Positions 10,575-19,130 of a stretch of 64,000 bases of DNA are shown here, one piece after another (within the stretch, counting starts at the first letter, position 1; each line of letters begins with the position of its first letter). Both the position numbers and the translations under genes were made by a program. The notes beneath the pieces are model-generated. The model made no database searches and was not told where the DNA came from. It saw only the letters and a list, made by a program, of their open reading frames with translations. This stretch comes from Alphaproteobacteria bacterium (GTDB lineage: Bacteria; Pseudomonadota; Alphaproteobacteria; G965222575): contig OZ244958.1 of assembly GCA_965222575.1 (NCBI GenBank), positions 544,001 to 608,000 of the forward strand, read 5' to 3'.

Positions 10575-11168
10575 CTAAAATTTGCCCGGTATCAACATGC
10601 GTAGTAACACAACATCTTTTCTGATGAAATGGTGATACAAGGCAAGTGCCGCATGTAACAGAATTAAAACCCACACCAGATACGTCCCCGAAATCCTATG
10701 CAAGCCTAAAAAAAATTTCCTCAATCCGCTCTCTGCCCATAGACCCGAAAACCATTGCTCATACAAGGGCACTATCAAAGACTTCATCTCCCAAACCCCC
10801 CACACTTCTATGCCACTCCTCAAGGAGAAATACCCGCTAATAGGCATGACAATCATTGCTAAATATAACAACCCATGCATACCACGTGCTAAGATATGCT
10901 CCAACTTATTGCGCGCTCCTACAGCGCGCGGCGTAGGGGTTAATAAACGCCACAATATTCTTAAAACCACCAGCACCAGTATCGTTAACCCAAAGGAGGC
11001 ATGGTAAAAGAAAACCAGCCGTCTCTCCGGTGCGGCCTCTTCAAGAAAAAAATGCCAATACACCATGCAAACATACGCCCCTAAAATCCCAAGGGCCATA
11101 CTCCAATGCAAGATAATAGCAATGAGACCGTAAAACTCTTTCGTGTTCTTAAAAGGAAGAGACTTCAT
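10575..11168 (-). CDS. Cytochrome b561 (YceJ/CybB family)
   Basis: LHWSMA, HASFG, LRILWR, HGLLY, MPISG, LHAALALYHHFIRKD. Confidence 0.93.
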   Translation of the reverse strand: MKSLPFKNTKEFYGLIAIILHWSMALGILGAYVCMVYWHFFLEEAAPERRLVFFYHASFGLTILVLVVLRILWRLLTPTPRAVGARNKLEHILARGMHGLLYLAMIVMPISGYFSLRSGIEVWGVWEMKSLIVPLYEQWFSGLWAESGLRKFFLGLHRISGTYLVWVLILLHAALALYHHFIRKDVVLLRMLIPGKF

Positions 11169-11193
11169 AAACAAAATTTTAGCATATCACGAC

Positions 11194-11961
11194 TCATAAA
11201 CCAAATTGTTCCGCAATAATACGTTCTTCTAAACTGCGCCCTGCTCTACAAAGCAAACTCACATGGCGCTCAGTCTTCGAAATGGAAGCCTTCATCACAT
11301 GATGTACTTCATGAATGTCCGCCACCGCATGCACCGGACGCTTGTCTGTATGCTCCGCTATAATGTCAATGCGGACATCCATGGGCAATAAAGCCCCACG
11401 CCAATGCTTCGGCTCAAACACATTTATAGGCGTTAGTCCCAATATCCGAGACCCAAGCGGAATAATAGGCCCTCGTGCCGATAAATTATAAGCCGTACTC
11501 CCTGCAGGCGTACAGACTAGGATACCATCTCCATTGAGATGCAATCTCTTGCGCTCATTGATGTACACCACTAGATGCGCTGTCTTAGGCGTTGCACGCG
11601 TCAAAAAAATGTCATTAATCGCAAGTCTATCCGTGATAACGCCTCGGCTGTCCGTGGCTCTAATCCTCAAAATCGGCAGCTTTTCAATAACCGCAGACTC
11701 TATACTCGATAACAAATCTTCTTTCTCTCTCTCATAGCTGTTGAGCAAAAAGCCGCGACGCCCAAAATTCAATCCATACACAGGCTTAGACTCCCCCCTA
11801 TCAAGATACTGATGCAAACTATAGAGCAAAAATCCATCCCCCCCTAGTACCACTATCACATCAGCGTCTGACTCCTCTACATGACCATAACGTGAACGAA
11901 AATACTCCATCTCCTTAACAGCTAAGGGCTTCTGTGGATTGGCAACAAAACTCAAACGCAT
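11194..11961 (-). CDS. nadK: NAD kinase
   Basis: VLGGDGF, GRRGFL, AIND, GDGILVCTPAGSTAYNLSARGP. Confidence 0.95.
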   Translation of the reverse strand: MRLSFVANPQKPLAVKEMEYFRSRYGHVEESDADVIVVLGGDGFLLYSLHQYLDRGESKPVYGLNFGRRGFLLNSYEREKEDLLSSIESAVIEKLPILRIRATDSRGVITDRLAINDIFLTRATPKTAHLVVYINERKRLHLNGDGILVCTPAGSTAYNLSARGPIIPLGSRILGLTPINVFEPKHWRGALLPMDVRIDIIAEHTDKRPVHAVADIHEVHHVMKASISKTERHVSLLCRAGRSLEERIIAEQFGL

Positions 11962-12039
11962 GGTCAAACTTTTTATCAGTCTATCAATATCTTCTTAAGA
12001 AGCATCCTTTAGTGTAACTTCTACCCCTTACAGAAAACA

Positions 12040-12537
12040 ATGCTTAAAATTCTCATGATATCTGTCCTTGCGAAACTTGATGAATCACTCAAACATGTTG
12101 GCACTATTTTAGGGTTAGAGGGTATCGAACTCAATGAAAAGGGCCAGTGTGTCCTGAGCTTTGATGAAAAAATTGTGGTACAGTTCCAAGCCAAAGAAGA
12201 AAAAGAACAGGCGGTCTTGATGTCCTTTATAGGGACTGTTAAAGGCGACTTGGAGAAAGGGTATGGCACACTCTTAGAAGGCAATTTTCTCTGGAGAGAA
12301 ACAGGTGGTGCTACACTAGCTCTTGAAGAGAAGGAAGAGCTCCCTCAAGTGGTGTTAGTAGAAAAACTTTCCCTCCCTCTCCTGAACAATGAAACCTTTG
12401 AGAAAATCCTAGAGCGCTTTGTGAATTGTGCAGAGCTTTGGATTGATAAACTCAACACACCCTTCGTTGCAGATTCACAAAATGTCACCACAGCAGAGGC
12501 AGACAAGAATCTGGAAGCGTTCGCTCTCAAAATTTAA
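12040..12537 (+). CDS. CesT/SycE-like class I type III secretion chaperone
   Basis: Small acidic protein with LGL..IELNEKGQCVLSFD...LLEGNFLWRETGGATLAL...F...LERFVN.AE.W pattern. Confidence 0.75.
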   Translation: MLKILMISVLAKLDESLKHVGTILGLEGIELNEKGQCVLSFDEKIVVQFQAKEEKEQAVLMSFIGTVKGDLEKGYGTLLEGNFLWRETGGATLALEEKEELPQVVLVEKLSLPLLNNETFEKILERFVNCAELWIDKLNTPFVADSQNVTTAEADKNLEAFALKI

Positions 12538-12710
12538 CGCCCCCCCCGTCTCCAACCCCCGCGCGCAAAAGGATAAAGATACCCTTCTTTACACGGCACA
12601 GTAAAAAAGGGAGTGAACAGACAGCTGAACAGACAGCTTTAATGCCCCCCGCAAAGAGAGTAAAATGCCCTTTCATGCATCCTCCCTCTGATGGCTTGGG
12701 AGGCAACAGC

Positions 12711-13049
12711 TTAGCTGAGTTTCCTTTGGTTCTTTGCTGCTGGATTCTTCTTCGGGTCGTCGATGAAGGTTTCTGTTTTGGCTATGATGGGAAACCCTAG
12801 ATTTTTCAGTTTCTTTTTAATGTCTTTGAGGGTAACCACGTCATCGTCAAAGGCTATCACAATGATTTTTTTCTTCATGACAAAGCCTATACTTTCAACG
12901 CCTGCAGTTTTCTTGAAGCCATGGCGAATATCCGGGGGACATGAAACGCACAGGGGATTCTTCAATTCCATAGACACCATTTTCTCTTTTCCATAAGAGA
13001 AAAAAGGGACGAGAAAGAGACTAGCGATGATGCAAAATTGCTTGACCAT
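12711..13049 (-). CDS. Exported heavy-metal-associated (MerP-like) protein
   Basis: Signal peptide, CVSC motif, GV...FD...LKNLGF HMA pattern; downstream of the merT-like gene. Confidence 0.8.
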   Translation of the reverse strand: MVKQFCIIASLFLVPFFSYGKEKMVSMELKNPLCVSCPPDIRHGFKKTAGVESIGFVMKKKIIVIAFDDDVVTLKDIKKKLKNLGFPIIAKTETFIDDPKKNPAAKNQRKLS

Positions 13050-13070
13050 TTTAAGACCTCCTATTTTTTT

Positions 13071-13430
13071 TTAATTCCAAGGGTAAAATTTCCATGCTAA
13101 AGACAGCAAAACTATTATCAAGCCTATCCAAAGCAGTATTCTGTAAGTTGGTGTCCACCAGGGAATGGTGCATAAAGTGCCGGGCTTACAAGCCTTGGGG
13201 ACTTTATACTCACGCCAAAGAAGAAAGCCAAACAGGACTAAGCCTGCGGCTGCAATGTAAATCTGGTAAGGCGTAAACCATCTAAAGTACGCAAACCACC
13301 AAGCTGTAAAGCCCATCATGCCTAAAAGGAATGGGATGACGCAACAAATCAAGCTTGCTGTCATGACACCGACCAATCCAACAATAACAGCCCATGCCCT
13401 AGCAAGTGGCGTTTTTGAATCACTAGACAT
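13071..13430 (-). CDS. merT: MerT family metal-ion transporter
   Basis: ASLICCVIP Cys pair in TM1, ACKPGTLC loop, three TM segments. Confidence 0.8.
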   Translation of the reverse strand: MSSDSKTPLARAWAVIVGLVGVMTASLICCVIPFLLGMMGFTAWWFAYFRWFTPYQIYIAAAGLVLFGFLLWREYKVPKACKPGTLCTIPWWTPTYRILLWIGLIIVLLSLAWKFYPWN

Positions 13431-13588
13431 AAAAACCCTTCCTGTATCTACTTAACCCCCCATTATAGCAAATACGGGCGCGACTTTCAAGAACATCCTG
13501 ACTCTTTCTAACAGAAAACTTCTTTTCAAACCTTTCGTGCTATGATATTGATAAGCCATTCATTTCTTTTTATTGTCTTTATTTTACC

Positions 13589-14524
13589 ATGTTTGCTAGA
13601 GATGGCAATCCTCCGGGCAATGGCTATGCCTTAGATATTCGTAATGTCTCCAAGCGTTATGCGGAGTCTACTTTAGCGTTGGATGATGTGTCTTTACAGG
13701 TCAAGCCCGGCGATTTTTTCGCTCTTTTGGGCAAAAATGGAGCGGGAAAGTCCACATTGATTAATATTCTTGCTGGTACTGTGACGAAAACTGCTGGTAG
13801 AGTTTATGTTTGGGGCTTTGATTTAGATGTCAATGTGCGCCGCGTCAAAGCGCATCTCGGCGTGGTGGCCCAGGAGTTCGATTTAGACCCCTTTTTTGAT
13901 ACGCAAAGTATCTTACACTTTCAAGCAGGTCTCTACGGCGCGCCAAGAACGAAAAAGGATATCGCTAAACTCTTAAAGCTCGTGCAGCTTACCGATAAAG
14001 CGAAAACCAAAATGAGACAGCTCTCCGGTGGCATGAAACGACGCCTCATGATAGCCAAAGCCATGGTGCATAACCCCCCTATTCTTATCCTAGACGAACC
14101 CACAGCGGGTGTGGATATTGAACTGCGTTACCAGCTGTGGGAAACTATGACCAATCTCAATCAACAGGGCTGTACCATTATCCTCACCACGCACTATATC
14201 GAGGAAGCACAGGCTTTATGTAAAGATATTGTCATTTTAAGAAAAGGAAAACTTGTTCTTAATAAGAAAAAAGATGCCCTTTTCAGTCTTTGGAGTAAAC
14301 GACGACTGATTGTCAAAACACAGAACACCGAACCTAGTGAAAAAATCCAAGCCATAGGAGGACAACTTCTTGACCGCTTTACCATTGCTTTTCCTTTCAA
14401 TCATGAAAAAGAAACCATTGGGGGCATTTTAGAGAAACTCAAGCACCACAACATTCCTTTTTCTGATGTCAAAACTGAAGAAATTGACTTGGAAGAAATT
14501 TTTCTGCATTACGTACAATCATGA
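13589..14524 (+). CDS. ABC transporter ATP-binding protein (YadG-like)
   Basis: GKNGAGKST, LSGGMKRR, ILDEPTAGVD, LTTHYIEEA. Confidence 0.93.
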   Translation: MFARDGNPPGNGYALDIRNVSKRYAESTLALDDVSLQVKPGDFFALLGKNGAGKSTLINILAGTVTKTAGRVYVWGFDLDVNVRRVKAHLGVVAQEFDLDPFFDTQSILHFQAGLYGAPRTKKDIAKLLKLVQLTDKAKTKMRQLSGGMKRRLMIAKAMVHNPPILILDEPTAGVDIELRYQLWETMTNLNQQGCTIILTTHYIEEAQALCKDIVILRKGKLVLNKKKDALFSLWSKRRLIVKTQNTEPSEKIQAIGGQLLDRFTIAFPFNHEKETIGGILEKLKHHNIPFSDVKTEEIDLEEIFLHYVQS

Positions 14525-14534
14525 CACGAAAACC

Positions 14535-14669
14535 ATGACAAAAAGACAATTCCAAAACACCTCAAAAGAACACAAGCTTACCTATAGGCGCTTTTATCGG
14601 TTGATTTTTATCACAGGGGGGTGTATTCTATTCCTCCTTTTGATAGGATTCTTACTCGTTGCTTTTTAA
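14535..14669 (+). CDS. aa3-type cytochrome c oxidase subunit IV-like small protein
   Basis: 44 aa; EHKLTYRRF resembles the EHxxTYxxF motif, followed by one TM helix. Confidence 0.6.
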   Translation: MTKRQFQNTSKEHKLTYRRFYRLIFITGGCILFLLLIGFLLVAF

Positions 14670-14707
14670 GAAGAAGCAGTAGCAGACTTCAAGGTCTGTA
14701 GGGTACC

Positions 14708-15244
14708 TTAGCCTCCCGGTTTCCAGAGGATATCGTTCCCTTTATTAAAGTGGCGGGCGACAACAAAAAGATAGTCGGACAAGCGATTTAAGTACCGTAT
14801 CACCTCTTTGTTGAGTCCTTCTTGTTCTGATAGTGCTACGGCTAGGCGTTCTGCTGTGCGGACATGCGCGCGCCCTAAGTGACACCAACTAGAAGCAATA
14901 CTGCCTCCGGGAAGAAGAAAACTCTTCAAAGGCAATACTTTCAAACGGGACATATCTTCTTCTAATTTCTCCACATAATCAGCCGTTATCCTAAGTGCTT
15001 GCTCCTTCTTGGGGATACAGACATCTGCCCCTACATCTAGCAGATCATTTTGAATCCTCAAGAGTTTGCTGTCTTCCTTATGATTGCCCGTCTGTAACCG
15101 CAACAACCCTATCACAGCGTTCGTTGTGTCCAATTGCCCTATGAGTGCAATGCGTACAGTGGATTTCGATACCCTTGTGTTATCGCCTAACCCCGTGCTG
15201 CCATCGTCGCCCTTCTTTGTAGTGATGACGGTGAGTTTAACCAT
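14708..15244 (-). CDS. PduO-type cob(I)alamin adenosyltransferase
   Basis: TTKKGDDGSTGL, IQNDLLDVGAD, FLLPGG, RTAER, YLNRLSDYLFVVAR. Confidence 0.93.
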   Translation of the reverse strand: MVKLTVITTKKGDDGSTGLGDNTRVSKSTVRIALIGQLDTTNAVIGLLRLQTGNHKEDSKLLRIQNDLLDVGADVCIPKKEQALRITADYVEKLEEDMSRLKVLPLKSFLLPGGSIASSWCHLGRAHVRTAERLAVALSEQEGLNKEVIRYLNRLSDYLFVVARHFNKGNDILWKPGG

Positions 15245-16997
15245 ACAATGCCTCAATTTCTTTTTGATAATAGGTAAAAATCTTGCGCCTTTTCATCTTC
15301 AAAGTTGGGGTTAATAGTCTATTTTCCAATGAAAAGGGTTCTTTGACAACAAAAAAGCGTCGGGGACGTTCGTAAGCACTTAAGGATTGACACACCATGG
15401 CCATGGCCGTTGATAACGCTTTGTGATAGACGGCTTCCCCTTGCTCTAACAGTGAGTCCGCAGGAACTAATAGTGCTACTAAAAATTTCTTATCGTTGCC
15501 AAACACACAGGCTTGGGCAATCTCTTCCTCTCTCATCAACGCTTCCTCAACGCGAACAGGAGAGACATTATCACCTCCTTGTAACACAATAATGTCCTTC
15601 AAGCGGTCCGTAATGGTCAGAACCCCTTCCTCATCTAAAGCCCCTAAATCTCCTGTTTTTAACCAACCCTTTTTCAGTACTTGTGCGCTCTCTTGGGGCT
15701 TCTTCCAATACCCCTGCATCACAGAACGACTGGATACAGCGATTTCTCCACCCTTGAGGATTTTCACCTTCACGCCGGGTAAAGGAGGCCCCACACTTCT
15801 AAACTTGCCGTCTAAGAGATTCCTTGGGTGCTGTACACTCACAATAGGTCCCGCCTCAGATAAGCCGTACCCCTGTAAAACTTGTACCCCAAGAGAGAGA
15901 AAAAACTCCACAATCTCAGGGTCTAGCGCTGCGCCGCCACAACAAAACGCACGGAGACGACCTCCGAAACGTTTGCGAAAACGCCGACGTACCAACTGCT
16001 CAAGAATAAAATCACCACACCTCTCCACTCCCCCTATCTTCTTCCCCCCTAGCCTTTTTCGCCCCAAGGCTAATGTCTTCAAAAAAAGATAACGACTCAG
16101 TTTGCTACTTTGCGCAGCCCCTTGTTGTATCCGTGAGCGCATCACCTCTAAAAGACGCGGGACAACTAAAAAAAATGTCGGCCGCGACGCTTGGATGTCT
16201 TTCGAAATACTTTGTAGCGACAGAACATAATATATCTTGTGTCCCAATAACAACGGTAACAATTGACCCACTGTTCTCTCATAAGCATGCGCTAAGGGCA
16301 AAAAAGATAAAAATACTTCCTGCTGGTGACCATATATCTCTCTTAATAAAGTTGCCGCCCCCCAACAGTTATGAAGTAAAGCCCCATGGGTTAACATCAC
16401 ACCACGCGGAACGCCTGTAGACCCTGAGGTATAAATTAAACAAGCCAAATCTTCTTGGCAAACCACAGGCGGAGGCAGTACAGACTTCTTCTTCCCTCTC
16501 TCTATGACCTCTTGTAGGGTGTAACGGACAACTTTACCACGCACCCCAACAGAAGAAGAAAGCCCCACAATCCATTCACAAGGGGATTGATGAAGGATTT
16601 TGCTTAAAGACTGCTCATACTCCGCACCGCGCACCACAATCCCCCGCGCACCACTATCCTTCAGTATATAAAGCCAATCCTCTGTAGGCGATACCGTGTA
16701 CACAGGAACACTCACCCCCCCAATGCTCATAATTGCCATATCAGTAAGTGCCCAAAGAGGATGATTTAGAGATAAAATCGCAACCCTATCCCCTTTACGG
16801 ACGCCTAAAGCCTGTAATCCAGACCCTAATGCCTTGACTTGCTGTGATGCCTCTGCCCAACTGAAAGCCTTATAAGACAGACTCTGCTCACGGTAAAACA
16901 GACACGGACTCTCTTTCAAACGATTAGCTGTGGCAAAAAAAGCCGCCGTCACAGAGGAAGCCTCTAACAAAGAATCAGTTTCTATAACCGGTTTCAT
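15237..16997 (-). CDS. fadD: Long-chain fatty acyl-CoA ligase
   Basis: YTSGSTGVPRG, FLPLAHAYE, QGYGLSE, WLKTGDLG, LTPTLKMKR. Confidence 0.92.
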   Translation of the reverse strand: MKPVIETDSLLEASSVTAAFFATANRLKESPCLFYREQSLSYKAFSWAEASQQVKALGSGLQALGVRKGDRVAILSLNHPLWALTDMAIMSIGGVSVPVYTVSPTEDWLYILKDSGARGIVVRGAEYEQSLSKILHQSPCEWIVGLSSSVGVRGKVVRYTLQEVIERGKKKSVLPPPVVCQEDLACLIYTSGSTGVPRGVMLTHGALLHNCWGAATLLREIYGHQQEVFLSFLPLAHAYERTVGQLLPLLLGHKIYYVLSLQSISKDIQASRPTFFLVVPRLLEVMRSRIQQGAAQSSKLSRYLFLKTLALGRKRLGGKKIGGVERCGDFILEQLVRRRFRKRFGGRLRAFCCGGAALDPEIVEFFLSLGVQVLQGYGLSEAGPIVSVQHPRNLLDGKFRSVGPPLPGVKVKILKGGEIAVSSRSVMQGYWKKPQESAQVLKKGWLKTGDLGALDEEGVLTITDRLKDIIVLQGGDNVSPVRVEEALMREEEIAQACVFGNDKKFLVALLVPADSLLEQGEAVYHKALSTAMAMVCQSLSAYERPRRFFVVKEPFSLENRLLTPTLKMKRRKIFTYYQKEIEALYG

Positions 16998-17080
16998 ACT
17001 AGCTTTCTCAGTATCATCCTACTTTTCTGATAGTAAGGAGAAGTGTAGCATAACACGTTTCCTTCTGCACAATCAGAAAA

Positions 17081-18050
17081 AAACATTGTTACCAGCTTGA
17101 AGGACTTTGCGGGGGAGGTGAAACGGAGGGTGGCTGTTGGTGGGGAGGAAAAACATCGTTACCAGCTTGAAGGGCTTTGCGGGGGAGGTGAAACGGAGGG
17201 TGGCTGTTGGTGGGGAAGAAACACATCGTTACCAGCTTGAAGGGCTTTGCGGGGGAGGTGAAACGGAGAGTGTGCTGTTGGTGGGGAAGAAACACATTGT
17301 TACCAGCTTGAAGGGCTTTGCGGGGGAGGTGAAACGGAGAGTGTGCTGTTGGTGGGGAGGAAACACATCGTTACCAGCTTGAAGGGCTTTGCGGGGGAGG
17401 TGAAACGGAGGGTGTGCTGTTGGTGGGGAGGAAAAACATCGTTACCAGCTTGAAGGGCTTTGCGGGGGAGGTGAAACGGAGGGTGGCTGTTGGTGGGGAG
17501 GAAACACATCGTTACCAACTTGAAGGGCTTTGCGGGAGAGGTGAAACGGAGAGTGTGCTGTTGGTGGGGAAGAAAAACATTGTTACCAGCGGAAGGGCTT
17601 TGCGGGGGAGGTGAAACGGAGGGTGGCTGTTGGTGGGGAGGAAAAACATCGTTACCAGCTTGAAGGGCTTTGCGGGAGAGGTGAAACGGAGCTTGAAGGG
17701 CTTTGCGGGAGAGGTGAAACGGAGAGTGTGCTGTTGGTGGGGAGGAAACACATCGGAAGGGCTCTAACGGGGGATCAGTGAAACGGAGTTTCATACTAGC
17801 TGTTGGTGGGGAGGAAACACATCGTTACCAGCTTGAAGGGCTTTTCTGAGAGGTGAAACGGAGAGTGTGGCTGTTGGTGGGGAGGAAACACATCGTTTCT
17901 TGAAGGGCTTGCGGGAGAGGTGAAACGGAGAGTGTGCTGTGTTACCAGCTTTGCGGGAGAGGTTACAGGGCTTTGCAGAGGTGAAACGGAGAGTGTGCTG
18001 TTGGTGGGGAAGAAACACATTGTTACCAGCTTGAAGGGCTTTGCGGGGGG
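17081..18050. repeat. Tandem array of about 70-71 bp units, about 13-14 copies, G-rich on +
   Basis: Unit gttaccagcttgaagggctttgcgggggaggtgaaacggag(g/a)gtg(t)gctgttggtggggaggaaa(a/c)acatc starts at 17088, 17158, 17228, 17299, 17370, 17441, 17511, 17582, 17651 ... 18022. Confidence 0.97.
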
Positions 18051-18108
18051 CGTCCTTTTGAGAATCACTGGTCTGTTTGTTTGTGAGAAATCCTGCTATC
18101 ATGGCGTT

Positions 18109-19125
18109 ATGACCATAGCACTTGGAATTGAAACTAGCTGTGATGATACGGCTGTGAGTCTCGTTCAACAGGAAGGGCGGCGCCTGTTAGCGAACTGTGT
18201 TGTGTCCACTCCTTCCTCTCATGAGACTTGGGGGGGTATTGTTCCGGAGCTTGCGGCACGTGACCATGTGGATTCCATAGATAGTGTTTTGAAGCAAGCC
18301 CTCAAAGAGGCTAATTTTTCTTTGGACAATATTGATATTATTGCGGCGACACAGGGCCCCGGGCTTGCGGGCAGTTTGTTGGTAGGCTTCTTATTTGCGA
18401 AAACTCTTGCCTTTTGCCTCAAGAAACCCTTCTTCGGTATCAATCATTTAGAAGGCCATGCCCTTTCGCCAAGATTGCTTCAACGCATTGATTTTCCCTA
18501 TCTCTTACTTCTTGTCTCGGGAGGGCACAGCCAGATTATACAGGTCAATGCTGTAGGGGATTATCTTTTGCATGGCACAACAGTGGATGATGCGGCAGGA
18601 GAGGCTTTTGATAAAGCGGCGCGGTGTCTTTCTTTACCGTTTCCGGGGGGCCCTGCCATAGAAAAAATAGCCCGCTATGGCCATGCTAAGCGCTTTGCTT
18701 TTCCCCGCCCCTTTCACGGGGAATCCCATTGTCATTTTTCCTTCGCTGGCTTGAAAACCGCTATGAAAAGACAATGCGATGCCTTAGGAACTTTGACCCC
18801 GCAGCAAACAAGAGACCTAGCTGCTAGCTTCCAAGCTGCTATGGTTGATTCCATAGTCCATAGAGTCAACAGAGCTTTTGACCTCCTGAAAACGCCTGTC
18901 AAGTCTTTTGTCATGGCCGGGGGCGTTGCAGCTAATCAGCGCTTAAGACAGACCTTAAAACGTGTTTGCGCACAACGGCGTTTGCGCTTTATCGCTCCTC
19001 CTGCTTGGCTTTGTACGGATAATGCTGCTATGATTGCTTGGACGGCGCTGGAAAAACTTCCCAACAATTCTCCTGCCCCATTAAATGCCTCTATTTATCC
19101 TAGGTGGCCGTTACAAACTCTTTGA
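18109..19125 (+). CDS. tsaD: tRNA threonylcarbamoyltransferase
   Basis: LGIETSCDDT, GGIVPELAAR.H, NHLEGH, LLVSGGHS, DDAAGEAFDK, CTDNAAMI. Confidence 0.97.
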   Translation: MTIALGIETSCDDTAVSLVQQEGRRLLANCVVSTPSSHETWGGIVPELAARDHVDSIDSVLKQALKEANFSLDNIDIIAATQGPGLAGSLLVGFLFAKTLAFCLKKPFFGINHLEGHALSPRLLQRIDFPYLLLLVSGGHSQIIQVNAVGDYLLHGTTVDDAAGEAFDKAARCLSLPFPGGPAIEKIARYGHAKRFAFPRPFHGESHCHFSFAGLKTAMKRQCDALGTLTPQQTRDLAASFQAAMVDSIVHRVNRAFDLLKTPVKSFVMAGGVAANQRLRQTLKRVCAQRRLRFIAPPAWLCTDNAAMIAWTALEKLPNNSPAPLNASIYPRWPLQTL

Positions 19126-19130
19126 GGTCT

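Noticed and set aside
17081-18050. CRISPR array or repeat-encoded proteins (ORFs 17089-18168 and the tsaD N-terminal extension from 17920)
   Set aside because: No spacers; the 70/71-bp period is non-triplet, so ORFs cycle through frames; TsaD homology starts at 18109
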